The notes below the pieces were generated by a model, which saw only the letters and a list, made by a program, of their open reading frames with translations, had not been told where the DNA came from and did no database searches. 34,356 nucleotides of DNA from Nemertoderma westbladi (Eukaryota; Animalia; Xenacoelomorpha), in the NCBI GenBank assembly GCA_032718475.1, contig JAUCBJ010004198.1, positions 1 through 34,356 of the forward strand, in the 5' to 3' direction. Position numbers and translations under genes: made by a program. Shown one piece after another: positions 19,673 through 33,679 of this stretch (position 1 is its first letter; the number at the start of each line of letters is the position of its first letter).

Positions 19673-22600
19673 ACCATATACATACAATGTACGAACTTAC
19701 CGCTCAGGGCCACCATATACTGTATACTATGTACGAACTTACCGCTCAGGGCCACCATGTACTGTATACTATATACGAACTTACCGCTCAGGGCCACCAT
19801 GTACTATGTACGAACTTGCCCTCTCAGGGCCACCATACACTATGTACGAACTCGCCGCTCAGGGCCACCATACACTATGTACGAACTTTCCGCTCCGGGC
19901 CACCATATACAGTACTATGTACGAACTTGCCGTCTCAGGGCCACCTTATACTATGTACGAACTTGCCCTCTCAGGGCCACCATACACTATGTACGAACTT
20001 GCCGCTCAGGGCCACATGTATACTATGTACCAACTTGCCGCTCAGGGCCACAGTATACTATGTACGAACTTGCCGTCTCAGGGCCACCACATACTATGTA
20101 CGAACTTGCCGCTCAGGGCCACAGTATACTATGTACCAACTTGCCGCTCAGGGCCACAGTATACTATGTACGAACTTGCCGTCTCAGGGCCACCATATAC
20201 TATGTACGAACTTGCCGTCTCAGGGCCACCATACACTATGTACCAACTTGCCGCTCAGGGCCACCAAATACTATGTACGAACTTGCCCTCTCAGGGCCAC
20301 CATATACTATGTACGAACTTGCCGCCCAGGGCCACCATACACTATGTACGAACTTGCCGCTCAGGGCCACAGTATACTATGTACCAACTTGCCGCTCAGG
20401 GCCACAGTATACTATGTACGAACTTGCCGCTCAGGGCCACCATATACTATGTACGAACTTGCCGTCTCAGGGCCACCATACACTATGTACCAACTTGCCG
20501 CTCAGGGCCACCAAATACTATGTACGAACTTGCCGCTCCGGGCCACCATACACTATGTACGAACTTGCCGTCTCAGGGCCACCATATACTATGTACCAAC
20601 TTGCCGTCTCAGGGCCACCATACACTATGTACGAACTTGCCCTCTCAGGGCCACCATACACTATGTACGAACTTACTGCTCAGGGCCACCATATACTATG
20701 TACCAACTTGCCGCTCAGGGCCACCATATACTATGTACGAACTTGCCACTCAGGGCCACCATATACTATGTACGAACTTGCCGCCCAGGGCCACCATATA
20801 CTATGTACGAACTTGCCCTCTCAGGGCCACCATATACTATGTACGAACTTGCCGCCCAGGGCCACCATATACTATGTACGAACTTGCCGCTCAGGGCCAC
20901 AGTATACTATGTACGAACTTGCCGCTCAGGGCCACAGTATACTATGTACGAACTTGCCGCTCAGGGCCACAGTATACTATGTACGAACTTGCCGCTCAGG
21001 ACCACCATATACTATGTACCAACTTGCCGCTCAGGGCCACCATATACTATGTACCAACTTGCCGCTCAGGGCCACCATATACTATGTACGAACTTGCCGC
21101 TCAGGGCCACCATATACTATGTACGAACTTGCCGTCTCAGGGCCACCATATACTATGTACCAACTTGCCGCTCAGGGCCACCATATACTATGTACGAACT
21201 TGCCGCTCAGGGCCACAGTATACTATGTACGAACTTGCCGTCTCAGGGCCACCATATACTATGTACGAACTTGCCCTCTCAGGGCCACCATACACTATGT
21301 ACCAACTTGCCCTCTCAGGGCCACCATATACTATGTACGAACTTGCCGCTCAGGGCCACCATATACTATGTACGAACTTGCCGTCTCAGGGCCACCATAT
21401 ACTATGTACCAACTTGCCGCTCAGGGCCACCATATACTATGTACGAACTTGCCGCTCAGGGCCACAGTATACTATGTACGAACTTGCCGTCTCAGGGCCA
21501 CCATATACTATGTACGAACTTGCCCTCTCAGGGCCACCATATACTATGTACCAACTTGCCCTCTCAGGGCCACCATATACTATGTACGAACTTGCCGTCT
21601 CAGGGCCACCATATACTATGTACCAACTTGCCGCTCAGGGCCACCATATACTATGTACGAACTTGCCGCTCAGGGCCACCATATTCTATGTACGAACTTA
21701 CCGCTCAGGGCCACAGTATACTATGTACGAACTTGCCGCTCCGGGCCACCATACACTATGTACGAACTTGCCGCTCAGGGCCACAGTATACTATGTACGA
21801 ACTTGCCGCTCAGGGCCACAGTATACTATGTACGAACTTGCCGCTCAGGGCCACCATACACTATGTACGAACTTGCCGCTCAGGGCCACAGTATACTATG
21901 TACGAACTTGCCCTCTCAGGGCCACCATATACTATGTACGAACTTGCCGTCTCAGGGCCACCATATACTATGTATGAACTTGCCGCTCAGGGCCACCATA
22001 TACTATGTACCAACTTGCCGCTCAGGGCCACAATGTACTATGTACCACCTTGCCCTCTCAGGGCCACCATATACTATGTACGAACTTGCCGTCTCAGGGC
22101 CACCATATACTATGTACGAACTTGCCCTCTCAGGGCCACCATATACTATGTACGAACTTGCCCTCTCAGGGCCACCATATACTATGTATGAATTTGCCCT
22201 CTCAGGGCCACCATATACTATGTACGAACTTGCCGCTCAGGGCCACCATATACTATGTACCAACTTGCCGCTCAGGACCACCATATACTATGTACGAACT
22301 TGCCGTCTCAGGGCCACCATATACTATGTACGAACTTGCCGCTCCGGGCCACCATACACTATGTACGAACTTGCCGCTCAGGGCTACAGTATACTATGTA
22401 CGAACTTGCCCTCTCAGGGCCACCATATACTATGTACCAACTTGCCCTCTCAGGGCCACCATATACTATGTACGAACTTGCCGTCTCAGGGCCACCATAT
22501 ACTATGTACGAACTTGCCCTCTCAGGGCCACCATATACTATGTACGAACTTGCCGTCTCAGGGCCACCATATACTATGTACGAACTTGCCGTCTCAGGGC

Positions 22601-25600
22601 CACCATATACTATGTACCAACTTGCCGTCTCAGGGCCACCATATACTATGTACGAACTTGCCGTCTCAGGGCCACCATATACTATGTACGAACTTGCCGT
22701 CTCAGGGCCACAATATACTATGTACGAACTTGCCGCTCAGGGCCACCATATACTATGTACGAACTTGCCGCTCAGGGCCACCATACACTATGTACCAACT
22801 TGCCGCTCATTGCCACCATATACTATGTACCAACTTGCCGCTCAGGGCCACCATATACTATGTACCAACTTGCCGTCTCAGGGCCACCATATACTATGTA
22901 CGAACCTGCCGCTCAGGGCCACCATATACTATGTACGAACTTGCCGTCTCAGGGCCACCATATACTATGTACGAACTTGCCGCTCAGGGCCACCATATAC
23001 TATGTACGAACTTGCCGTCTCAGGGCCACCATATACTATGTACGAACTTGCCGCTCAGGGCCACCATATACTATGTACGAACTTGCCGTCTCAGGGCCAC
23101 CATATACTATGTACCAACTTGCTGCTCAGGGCCACCATATACTATGTACGAACTTGCCGTCTCAGGGCCACCATATACTATGTACGAACTTGCCGCTCAG
23201 GGCCACAGTATACTATGTACCAACTTGCCGCTCAGGGCCACAGTATACTATGTACGAACTTGCCGTCTCAGGGCCACCATATACTATGTACGAACTTGCC
23301 CTCTCAGGGCCACCATACACTATGTACGAACTTGCCGCTCAGGGCCACAGTATACTATGTACCAACTTGCCGCTCAGGGCCACAGTATACTATGTACGAA
23401 CTTTCCGCTCCGGGCCACCATATACTATGTATGAACTCGCCGCTCAGGGCCACCATATACTATGTACGAACTTTCCGCTCCGGGCCACCATATACAGTAT
23501 TATGTACGAACTTGCCGCTCAGGGCCACCATATACTATGTATGAACTTGCCCACTCAGGGCCACCATATACTAAGTACGAACTTGCCGCTCAGGGCCACC
23601 ATATACTATGTATGAACTTGCCCTCTCAGGGCCACCATATACTATGTACCAACTTGCCCTCTCAGGGCCACCATATACTATGTACCAACTTGCCCTCTCA
23701 GGGCCACCATACACTTTGTACGAACTTGCCGCTCAGGACCACCATATACTATGTATGAACTTGCCGTCTCAGGGCCACCATACACTATGTACGAACTTGC
23801 CGCTCAGGGCCACCATACACTATGTACGAACTTGCCGTCTCAGGGCCACCATATACTATGTACGAACTTGCCCTCTCAGGGCCACCATATACTATGTACC
23901 AACTTACCGCTCAGGGCCACAGTATACTATGTACCAACTTGCCGCTCAGGGCCACAGTATACTATGTACGAACTTGCCGTCTCAGGGCCACCATATACTA
24001 TGTACGAACTTGCCCTCTCAGGGCCACCATACACTATGTACGAACTTGCCGCTCATTGCCACCATATACTATGTACGAACTTGCCGCTCAGGGCCACCAT
24101 ATACTATGTACGAACTTGCCGTCTCAGGGCCACCATATACTATGTACCAACTTGCCGCTCAGGGCCACCATATACTATGTACGAACTTGCCGCTCAGGGC
24201 CACCATATACTATGTACGAACTTGCTGCTCAGGGCCACCATATACTATGTACGAACTTACCGCTCAAGGCCACCATATACTATGTACGAACTTGCTGCTC
24301 AGGGCCACCATATACTATGTATGAACTTGCCCTCTCAGGGCCACCATATACTATGTACCAACTTGCCCTCTCAGGGCCACCATATACTATGTACCAACTT
24401 GCCGCTCAGGGCCACTGTATACTATGTATGAACTTGCCCTCTCAGGGCCACCATATACTATGTACCAACTTGCCCTCTCAGGGCCACCATATACTATGTA
24501 CCAACTTGCCGCTCAGGGCCACCATACACTATGTACGAACTTGCCGTCTCAGGGCCACCATATACTATGTACGAACTTGCCCTCTCAGGGCCACCATACA
24601 CTATGTACGAACTTGCCGCTCATTGCCACCATATACTATGTACGAACTTGCCGCTCAGGGCCACCATATACAGTACTATGTACGAACTTGCCGTCTCAGG
24701 GCCACCATATACTATGTACGAACTTGCCGCTCAGGGCCACCATATACTATGTACCAACTTGCCGTCTCAGGGCCACCATATACTATGTACGAACTTGCCC
24801 TCTCAGGGCCACCATACACTATGTACGAACTTGCCGCTCATTGCCACCATATACTATGTACGAACTTGCTGCTCAGGGCCACCATATACTATGTATGAAC
24901 TTGCCCTCTCAGGGCCACCATATACTATGTACCAACTTGCCCTCTCAGGGCCACCATATACTATGTACCAACTTGCCGCTCAGGGCCACAGTATACTATG
25001 TACGAACTTGCCGTCTCAGGGCCACCATATACTATGTACGAACTTGCCGCCCAGGGCCACCATATACTATGTATGAACTCGCCGCTCAGGGCCACCATAT
25101 ACTATGTACGAACTTGCCCTCTCAGGGCCACCATACACTATGTACGAACTTGCCGCTCATTGCCACCATATACTATGTACGAACTTGCTGCTCAGGGCCA
25201 CCATATACTATGTATGAACTCGCCGTCTCAGGGCCACCATATACTATGTACGAACTTGCCCTCTCAGGGCCACCATACACTATGTACGAACTTGCCGCTC
25301 ATTGCCACCATATACTATGTACGAACTTGCTGCTCACCGGCCACCATATACTATGTATGAACTTGCCCTCTCAGGGCCACCATATACTATGTACCAACTT
25401 GCCCTCTCAGGGCCACCATATACTATGTACCAACTTGCCGCTCAGGGCCACCAGTATACTATGTACGAACTTGCCGTCTCAGGGCCACCATATACTATGT
25501 ACGAACTTGCCGCTCAGGGCCACCATATACTATGTACGAACTTGCCGCCCAGGGCCACCATACACTATGTACGAACTTGCCGCTCAGGGCCACCATATAC

Positions 25601-28600
25601 TATGTACGAACTTGCCGCTCAGGGCCACCATATACTATGTACGAACTTGCCTCTCAGGGCCACCATACACTATGTACGAACTTGCCGCTCATTGCCACCA
25701 TATACTATGTACGAACTTGCCGCTCAGGGCCACCATATACTATGTACGAACTTGCCGCTCAGGGCCACCATATACTATGTACGAACTTGCCGCTCAGGGC
25801 CACCATATACTATGTACGAACTTGCCGCTCAGGGCCACCATATACTATGTACGAACTTGCCCTCTCAGGGCCACCATATACTATGTACCAACTTGCCCTC
25901 TCAGGGCCACCATATACTATGTACCAACTTGCCCTCTCAGGGCCACCATACACTTTGTACGAACTTGCCGCTCAGGACCACCATATACTATGTATGAACT
26001 TGCCGTCTCAGGGCCACCATATACTATGTACGAACTTGCCCTCTCAGGGCCACCATATACTATGTACGAACTTGCCCTCTCAGGGCCACCATATACTATG
26101 TACGAACTTGCCCTCTCAGGGCCACCATACACTATGTACGAACTTGCCGCTCAGGGCCACCATATACTATGTACGAACTTGCCGCTCAGGGCCACCATAT
26201 ACTATGTACGAACTTGCCGCTCAGGGCCACCATATACTATGTACGAACTTGCCCTCTCAGGGCCACCATACACTATGTACGAACTTGCCGCTCATTGCCA
26301 CCATATACTATGTACGAACTTGCCGCTCAGGGCCACCATATACTATGTACGAACTTGCCGCTCAGGGCCACCATATACTATGTACGAACTTGCCGCTCAG
26401 GGCCACCATATACTATGTACGAACTTGCTGCTCAGGGCCACCATATACTATGTATGAACTTGCCCTCTCAGGGCCACCATATACTATGTACCAACTTGCC
26501 CTCTCAGGGCCACCATATACTATGTACCAACTTGCCCTCTCAGGGCCACCATACACTTTGTACGAACTTGCCGCTCAGGACCACCATATACTATGTATGA
26601 ACTTGCCGTCTCAGGGCCACCATATACTATGTACGAACTTGCCCTCTCAGGGCCACCATATACTATGTACGAACTTGCCCTCTCAGGGCCACCATATACT
26701 ATGTACCAACTTGCCGCTCCGGGCCACCATATACTATGTACGAACTTGCCGTCTCAGGGCCACCACATACTATGTACGAACTTGCCGCTCAGGGCCACAG
26801 TATACTATGTACCAACTTGCCGCTCAGGGCCACCATATACTATGTACCAACTTGCCGCTCAGGGCCACCATATACTATGTATGAACTTGCCGCTCAGGGC
26901 CACAGTATACTATGTACGAACTTGCCGTCTCAGGGCCACCATACACTATGTACGAACTTGCCGCCCAGGGCCACCATATACTATGTACCAACTTACCGCT
27001 CAGGGCCACCATATACTATGTACGAACTTGCCGCTCAGGGCCACAGTATACTATGTATGAACTTGCCGCTCCGGGCCACCATATACTATGTACGAACTTG
27101 CCGCCCAGGGCCACCATATACTATGTACGAACTTGCCGCTCAGGGCCACCATATACTATGTACGAACTTGCTGCTCAGGGCCACCATATACTATGTATGA
27201 ACTTGCCCTCTCAGGGCCACCATATACTATGTACCAACTTGCCCTCTCAGGGCCACCATATACTATGTACCAACTTGCCCTCTCAGGGCCACCATACACT
27301 TTGTACGAACTTGCCGCTCAGGACCACCATATACTATGTATGAACTTGCCGTCTCAGGGCCACCATATACTATGTACGAACTTGCCCTCTCAGGGCCACC
27401 ATATACTATGTACGAACTTGCCCTCTCAGGGCCACCATATACTATGTACCAACTTGCCGCTCCGGGCCACCATATACTATGTACGAACTTGCCGTCTCAG
27501 GGCCACCACATACTATGTACGAACTTGCCGCTCAGGGCCACAGTATACTATGTACCAACTTGCCGCTCAGGGCCACCATATACTATGTACCAACTTGCCG
27601 CTCAGGGCCACCATATACTATGTATGAACTTGCCGCTCAGGGCCACAGTATACTATGTACGAACTTGCCGTCTCAGGGCCACCATACACTATGTACGAAC
27701 TTGCCGCCCAGGGCCACCATATACTATGTACCAACTTACCGCTCAGGGCCACCATATACTATGTACGAACTTGCCGCTCAGGGCCACAGTATACTATGTA
27801 TGAACTTGCCGCTCCGGGCCACCATATACTATGTACGAACTTGCCGCCCAGGGCCACCATATACTATGTACGAACTTGCCGCTCAGGGCCACCATATACT
27901 ATGTACGAACTTGCTGCTCAGGGCCACCATATACTATGTATGAACTTGCCCTCTCAGGGCCACCATATACTATGTACCAACTTGCCCTCTCAGGGCCACC
28001 ATATACTATGTACCAACTTGCCCTCTCAGGGCCACCATACACTTTGTACGAACTTGCCGCTCAGGACCACCATATACTATGTATGAACTTGCCGTCTCAG
28101 GGCCACCATATACTATGTACGAACTTGCCCTCTCAGGGCCACCATATACTATGTACGAACTTGCCCTCTCAGGGCCACCATATACTATGTACCAACTTGC
28201 CGCTCCGGGCCACCATATACTATGTACGAACTTGCCGTCTCAGGGCCACCACATACTATGTACGAACTTGCCGCTCAGGGCCACAGTATACTATGTACCA
28301 ACTTGCCGCTCAGGGCCACCATATACTATGTACCAACTTGCCGCTCAGGGCCACCATATACTATGTATGAACTTACCGCTCAGGGCCACAGTATACTATG
28401 TACGAACTTGCCGTCTCAGGGCCACCATACACTATGTACGAACTTGCCGCCCAGGGCCACCATATACTATGTACCAACTTACCGCTCAGGGCCACCATAT
28501 ACTATGTACGAACTTGCCCTCTCAGGGCCACCATATACTATGTACGAACTTGCCGCTCAGGGCCACAGTATACTATGTATGAACTTGCCGCTCCGGGCCA

Positions 28601-30656
28601 CCATATACTATGTACGAACTTGCCGCCCAGGGCTACCATATACTATGTACGAACTTGCCGCTCAGGGCCACCATATACTATGTACGAACTTGCCCTCTCA
28701 GGGCCACCATATACTATTCTACGAACTTGCCGCTCAGGGCCACCATATACTATGTACGAACTTGCCGCTCATTGCCACCATATACTATGTACGAACTTAC
28801 CGCTCAGGGCCACCATATACTATGTACGAACTTGCCGTCTCAGGGCCACCATATACAGTACTATGTACGAACTTGCCGTTCAGGGCCACCATATACTATG
28901 TACGAACTTGCCGCTCAGGGCCACCATATACTATGTACGAACTTGCCGTCTCAGGGCCACCATATACTATGTACGAACTTGCCGTCTCAGGGCCACCATA
29001 TACTATGTACGAACTTGCCGCTCAGGGCCACCATATACTATGTACGAACTTGCCGTCTCAGGGCCACCATATACTATGTACGAACTTGCCGTCTCAGGGC
29101 CACCATATACTATGTACGAACTTGCCGCTCAGGGCCACCATATACTATGTACGAACTTGCCGTCTCAGGGCCACCATATACTATGTACGAACTTGCCCTC
29201 TCAGGGCCACCATATACTATGTACGAACTTGCCGTCTCAGGGCCACCATATACTATGTACGAACTTGCCGCTCAGGGCCACCATATACTATGTACGAACT
29301 TACCGCTCAGGGCCACCATATACTATGTACGAACTTGCCGTCTCAGGGCCACCATAGTACTATGTACGAACTTGCCGCTCAGGGCCACCATATACTATGT
29401 ACGAACTTGCCGCTCAGGGCCACCATATACTATGTACGAACTTGCCGTCTCAGGGCCACCATATACTATGTACGAACTTGCCGCTCAGGGCCACCATATA
29501 CTATGTACGAACTTGCCGTCTCAGGGCCACCATATACTATGTACGAACTTGCCGCTCAGGGCCACCATATACTATGTACGAACTTGCCGTCTCAGGGCCA
29601 CCATATACTATGTACGAACTTGCCGTCTCAGGGCCACCATATACTATGTACGAACTTGCCGTCTCAGGGCCACCATATACTATGTACGAACTTGCCGCTC
29701 AGGGCCACCATATACTATGTACGAACTTGCCGTCTCAGGGCCACCATATACTATGTACGAACTTGCCGTCTCAGGGCCACCATATACTATGTACGAACTT
29801 GCCGTCTCAGGGCCACCATATACTATGTACGAACTTGCCGCTCAGGGCCACCATATACTATGTACGAACTTGCCGTCTCAGGGCCACCATATACTATGTA
29901 CGAACTTGCCGTCTCAGGGCCACCATATACTATGTACGAACTTGCCGCTCAGGGCCACCATATACTATGTACGAACTTGCCCTCTCAGGGCCACCATATA
30001 CTATGTACGAACTTGCCGCTCAGGGCCACCATGTACTATGTATGAACTTGCCCTCTCAGGGCCACCATATACTATGTACGAACTTGCCGCTCAGGGCCAC
30101 CATATACTATGTAAGAACAATGCCGTCTCAGGGCCACCATATACTATGTACGAACTTGCCGCTCAGGGCCACCATACACTATGTACGAACATGCCGTCTC
30201 AGGGCCACCATATACTATGTACGAACTTGCCGTCTCAGGGCCACCATATACTATGTACGAACTTGCCCTCTCAGGGCCACCATACACTATGTACGAACTT
30301 GCCCTCTCAGGGCCACCATATACTATGTACGAACATGCCGTCTCAGGGCCACCATATACTATGTAAGAACTTGCCGCTCAGGGCCACCATATACTATGTA
30401 CGAACTTGCCCTCTCAGGGCCACCATATACTATGTACGAACTTGCCGCTCAGGGCCACCATATACTATGTACGAACTTGCCCTCTCAGGGCCACCATACA
30501 CTATGTACGAACTTGCCCTCTCAGGGCCACCATATACTATGTACGAACTTGCCGCTCAGGGCCACCATACACTATGTACCAACTTGCCGCTCAGGGCCAC
30601 CATATACTATGTACGAACTTACCGCTCAGGGCCACCATGTACTATGTAAGAACTTG
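19673..30656. repeat. ~11-kb minisatellite of 35/36-bp units (roughly 310 copies) with variant units and higher-order structure
   Basis: Consensus tatgtacgaacttgccgctcagggccaccatatac (35 bp); 36-bp variants carry gccgtctcag or gccctctcag. Units are head-to-tail with no unique spacers. Confidence 0.98.
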
Positions 30657-31521
30657 TTTAAGAATTGCCAGGTAAAAAAGTAATTGAGTGAATTTTGTAA
30701 GCTTTCTAAGCATTTATTTATAACAATGAAGTTAAATACTGATAACTGGTAATTTTTCCACCACATTGGTACTTTATAATATAATCTATATAATAGGACT
30801 ACTGTACGTACACGCTATCTATAAATACATTATGAATATAATATATGTGATTAAATTGTTCAATCATTGGTGCAGGTGCATAATAATGACGCTAATAAAT
30901 ATTTAAATATCTAAAAACACAATTTTATTATGTAGGCCTACCTTTTAAATATTACGGAGCCAAAGGGTCATTAATGAATAACTACTGTATTTATAGGGAC
31001 ACGTGTTTGAAAAGTAGCACTTTTCAGCGTGGTGACGCCAGTGTATTTATGTACCGAGCGAGCGAAGCGAGGGAGGTTAACATAAAGATATAAAGGTCAT
31101 AAACACACTGAATTTTGCCCTTATCACACAATGGTGTACGTATACAGTAATTTTGATACATTTTGTCAAATTATCGGCGTTCTGAATGCTTAATTATCAG
31201 CTTTAATATTGCAATATTTAGCAATATTAATGAAATTCATATCCTTTTTATGCACTTAATTCCAGTTTTACACAATTAATTCCAGATACTGAAACAACTT
31301 TGCAGTATATAAACTTTCACTTTGCCGACAATCATGAAGAAAAGGCCCCTACTCAAGACGTGTTCTAGAAGTTTATTGTTACTTAGTTAGTGATTACTTT
31401 TCAGCGTTCCATGATTTAGGCCGCATGTTGCAAAGTGGTACTTTTCTGCAATCCAAGGATATAACCAGAACGCTAATAAATTGACATAGACCTCCTATAG
31501 GCCTAAGTAAATGTAACTATA

Positions 31522-31805
31522 CGTGTTGCATATTATTATTGGTGTGTCGTTTCAGCCTATTTTAACATATTAACTTAATTTCACAAATATTTAATGTCGA
31601 TATTCACCATTTAAGGAACCTTTTAAAAGAAAGTAGCAGGTTATAATGGTAGGCTTTTCTAACCAAAACAATAAACTAAATTTAGGAACACGATTTACTG
31701 TTAAAAATGTACTTCTAGATTTTTCAATATTAATTTAACATTAACCCTATGACAAGGCTGAAACGACACCCCAATTGGCTTTTTGCATAGGTGTTATGTA
31801 ACACG
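31522..31805. mobile_element. Inverted-repeat (MITE-like) remnant
   Basis: attggtgtgtcgtttcagcct (31538-31558) and aggctgaaacgacaccccaat (31755-31775) are 20/21 reverse complements. An outer pair is cgtgttgcata / tatgtaacacg. Confidence 0.5.
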
Positions 31806-32113
31806 CCACAGAGTCTTGAATGTAGGCTCCTTAAAATACATTATATTTTTTGTAAAATCGTTAAACCGATATAAATTTAATTAACCGTTAACCGTACCTG
31901 CACCTAATTAATGTAGAACAATTATTCGACTAATATTATTGTAGATTTGCTTGTTGTAATGTGACTGCCTGTGTGCCTGTGGGCTTCCTTTTTATCCATG
32001 AAAATATATTGTTAATATTAAAATTTGCTTCAGTTATGGGTTAATATTGTTTTTTATGAAATGCTTATTTTTATGAATATTTAATTTTCAAATTGCTTAC
32101 AATAATTCTGATC

Positions 32114-32327
32114 AAAAAAAGTAAACAGTCGGCCGAGACCGGAGGCGACCCGAAGGCTCCTCTATCGAAAGCTGCTACCCGAGGGTAGGGGTGGGTACTA
32201 CTCCTAACCCAAGATTTGCTCCCAGTAATTTAACTGGACTCATTTTATCGACTCCAGTGGATGAAAGGCTGAGTGGAACCAGGCGGGGCTGAACCTACAA
32301 CCACTAGATTGCAGGCCCGGCGCTCAA
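32114..32327 (-). mobile_element. 5'-truncated tRNA-derived SINE
   Basis: Minus strand: B-box-like ggttcagccc, conserved-domain-like ctcagcctttcatcc...gtcgataaaatgagt, and a LINE-like tail ...gcagctttcgatagaggagccttcgggtcgcc...gtttac(t)n. Confidence 0.7.
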
Positions 32328-33679
32328 TATTATTATTTTATATATGAATATTATCCTGTGTCATAATTATGATACAGGTAAATCAATTTCACAGAATTTC
32401 ATTCAGTGACCGACCGAGTTACAGCTGACAGCTTCCACATTGATTCGAGCAAAATATACTTTCTGTAGATAAATAAATCCCTTCTCCGATAATAAAATTG
32501 TAAAGTAGTAAAATAATGTATGTATAAACACCATGATCCGTAATCTATGACTGAAATTTGAAAAACAAGTGTAGTTCAATCACCGTCGCATCGGTGAGCG
32601 ATTTAAAAGGTTTTCTGGAACGATATATTTATCTCGTGAATAGCTGGTCAAAATTGCATGTCATACAATACTGTATCTCTATTGCATAGCTACACATACA
32701 TAAACAACTTATTCCAGAATATTGTACATTTATTAAATATAATAAATGACCTCCAGCTAACAATATTATAAACAATCTTTGAATCACAATCTCAGCTGTT
32801 TCTCTACGAAACTAAGATATTGTTACATTATTTGGAATCCTTCCACAAAATCTGGTTCAATGATAGCACGACTGTTAGGTTTAACTATTGTAATTGTGTT
32901 TAAAATTTCAAGTAATATGAAAAAGATATGTGGGAATATATAAATGCTAGGTCCGTTTCAACAGAAAATTGCACTACATTACGGGTCATGGTGTAATAAG
33001 TTTTCCGACACAAAAATATTCTGTAGTTATGGTAAATCTTTATAGTCAGGTAAACAGAGGGGTCCACCGTGACTTTGGGTCATCACGCATTTTTATTTGC
33101 TTAAACTTTAGTCGGACCTTAGAGTAATCAAAATCCGTCGGGTGCCACTTTGGCACCTTTGGGGAACTTTTTATAAAGCACTTAACCTAAGTTTCCATAG
33201 CAACCGGCACACAAGGTTTTATTTTGAGATATCTGCGACCTTGCACCTATTGCCACAGCTCTTGTTAATTATTCTGAATAAGATTTCTAGAAGATTAGTT
33301 CCCATAGCAACATTATTAATCATAAATTTTGGCCTTTGGGATGTTTATTAAGATATGCCAACTATTAAACTTTAGATTATTTATGTAACTATTTATAAAA
33401 GCAAACAATTATATCATCACTGGGGGGTTATTAATCAAAGTTAGTTTTCATTTAATTAGATGAGTTAGTTTTCTCCTTTCAAATGCAAATTTTGACGTGT
33501 ATCTATCCAACGATTGCAGAATATAGGTACAGTAGATTCAATGTGCCATCATTCTTTACTGTGTACCTATCTGGGTATCTATCCCAAATATACTCTCCAT
33601 TACTGGTATTACGAAAGTTAATCAATCAGCTAGAAGAGTTGTATGTTTATTAAATTATTTATTTAAACGGAACATCGCT

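Noticed and set aside
19673-30656. CRISPR-like array (35-36 bp repeat length, internal palindrome)
   Set aside because: Units are head-to-tail without unique spacers, there are no cas genes and the context is eukaryotic.
19604-30683. Many long plus-strand ORFs (up to 1276 aa) with repetitive Cys/His/Tyr-rich peptides
   Set aside because: The 35-bp consensus has no stop triplet on the plus strand, so all three frames are open. Mixed 35/36-bp units scramble the frames, showing no codon-level constraint; these are satellite artefacts.
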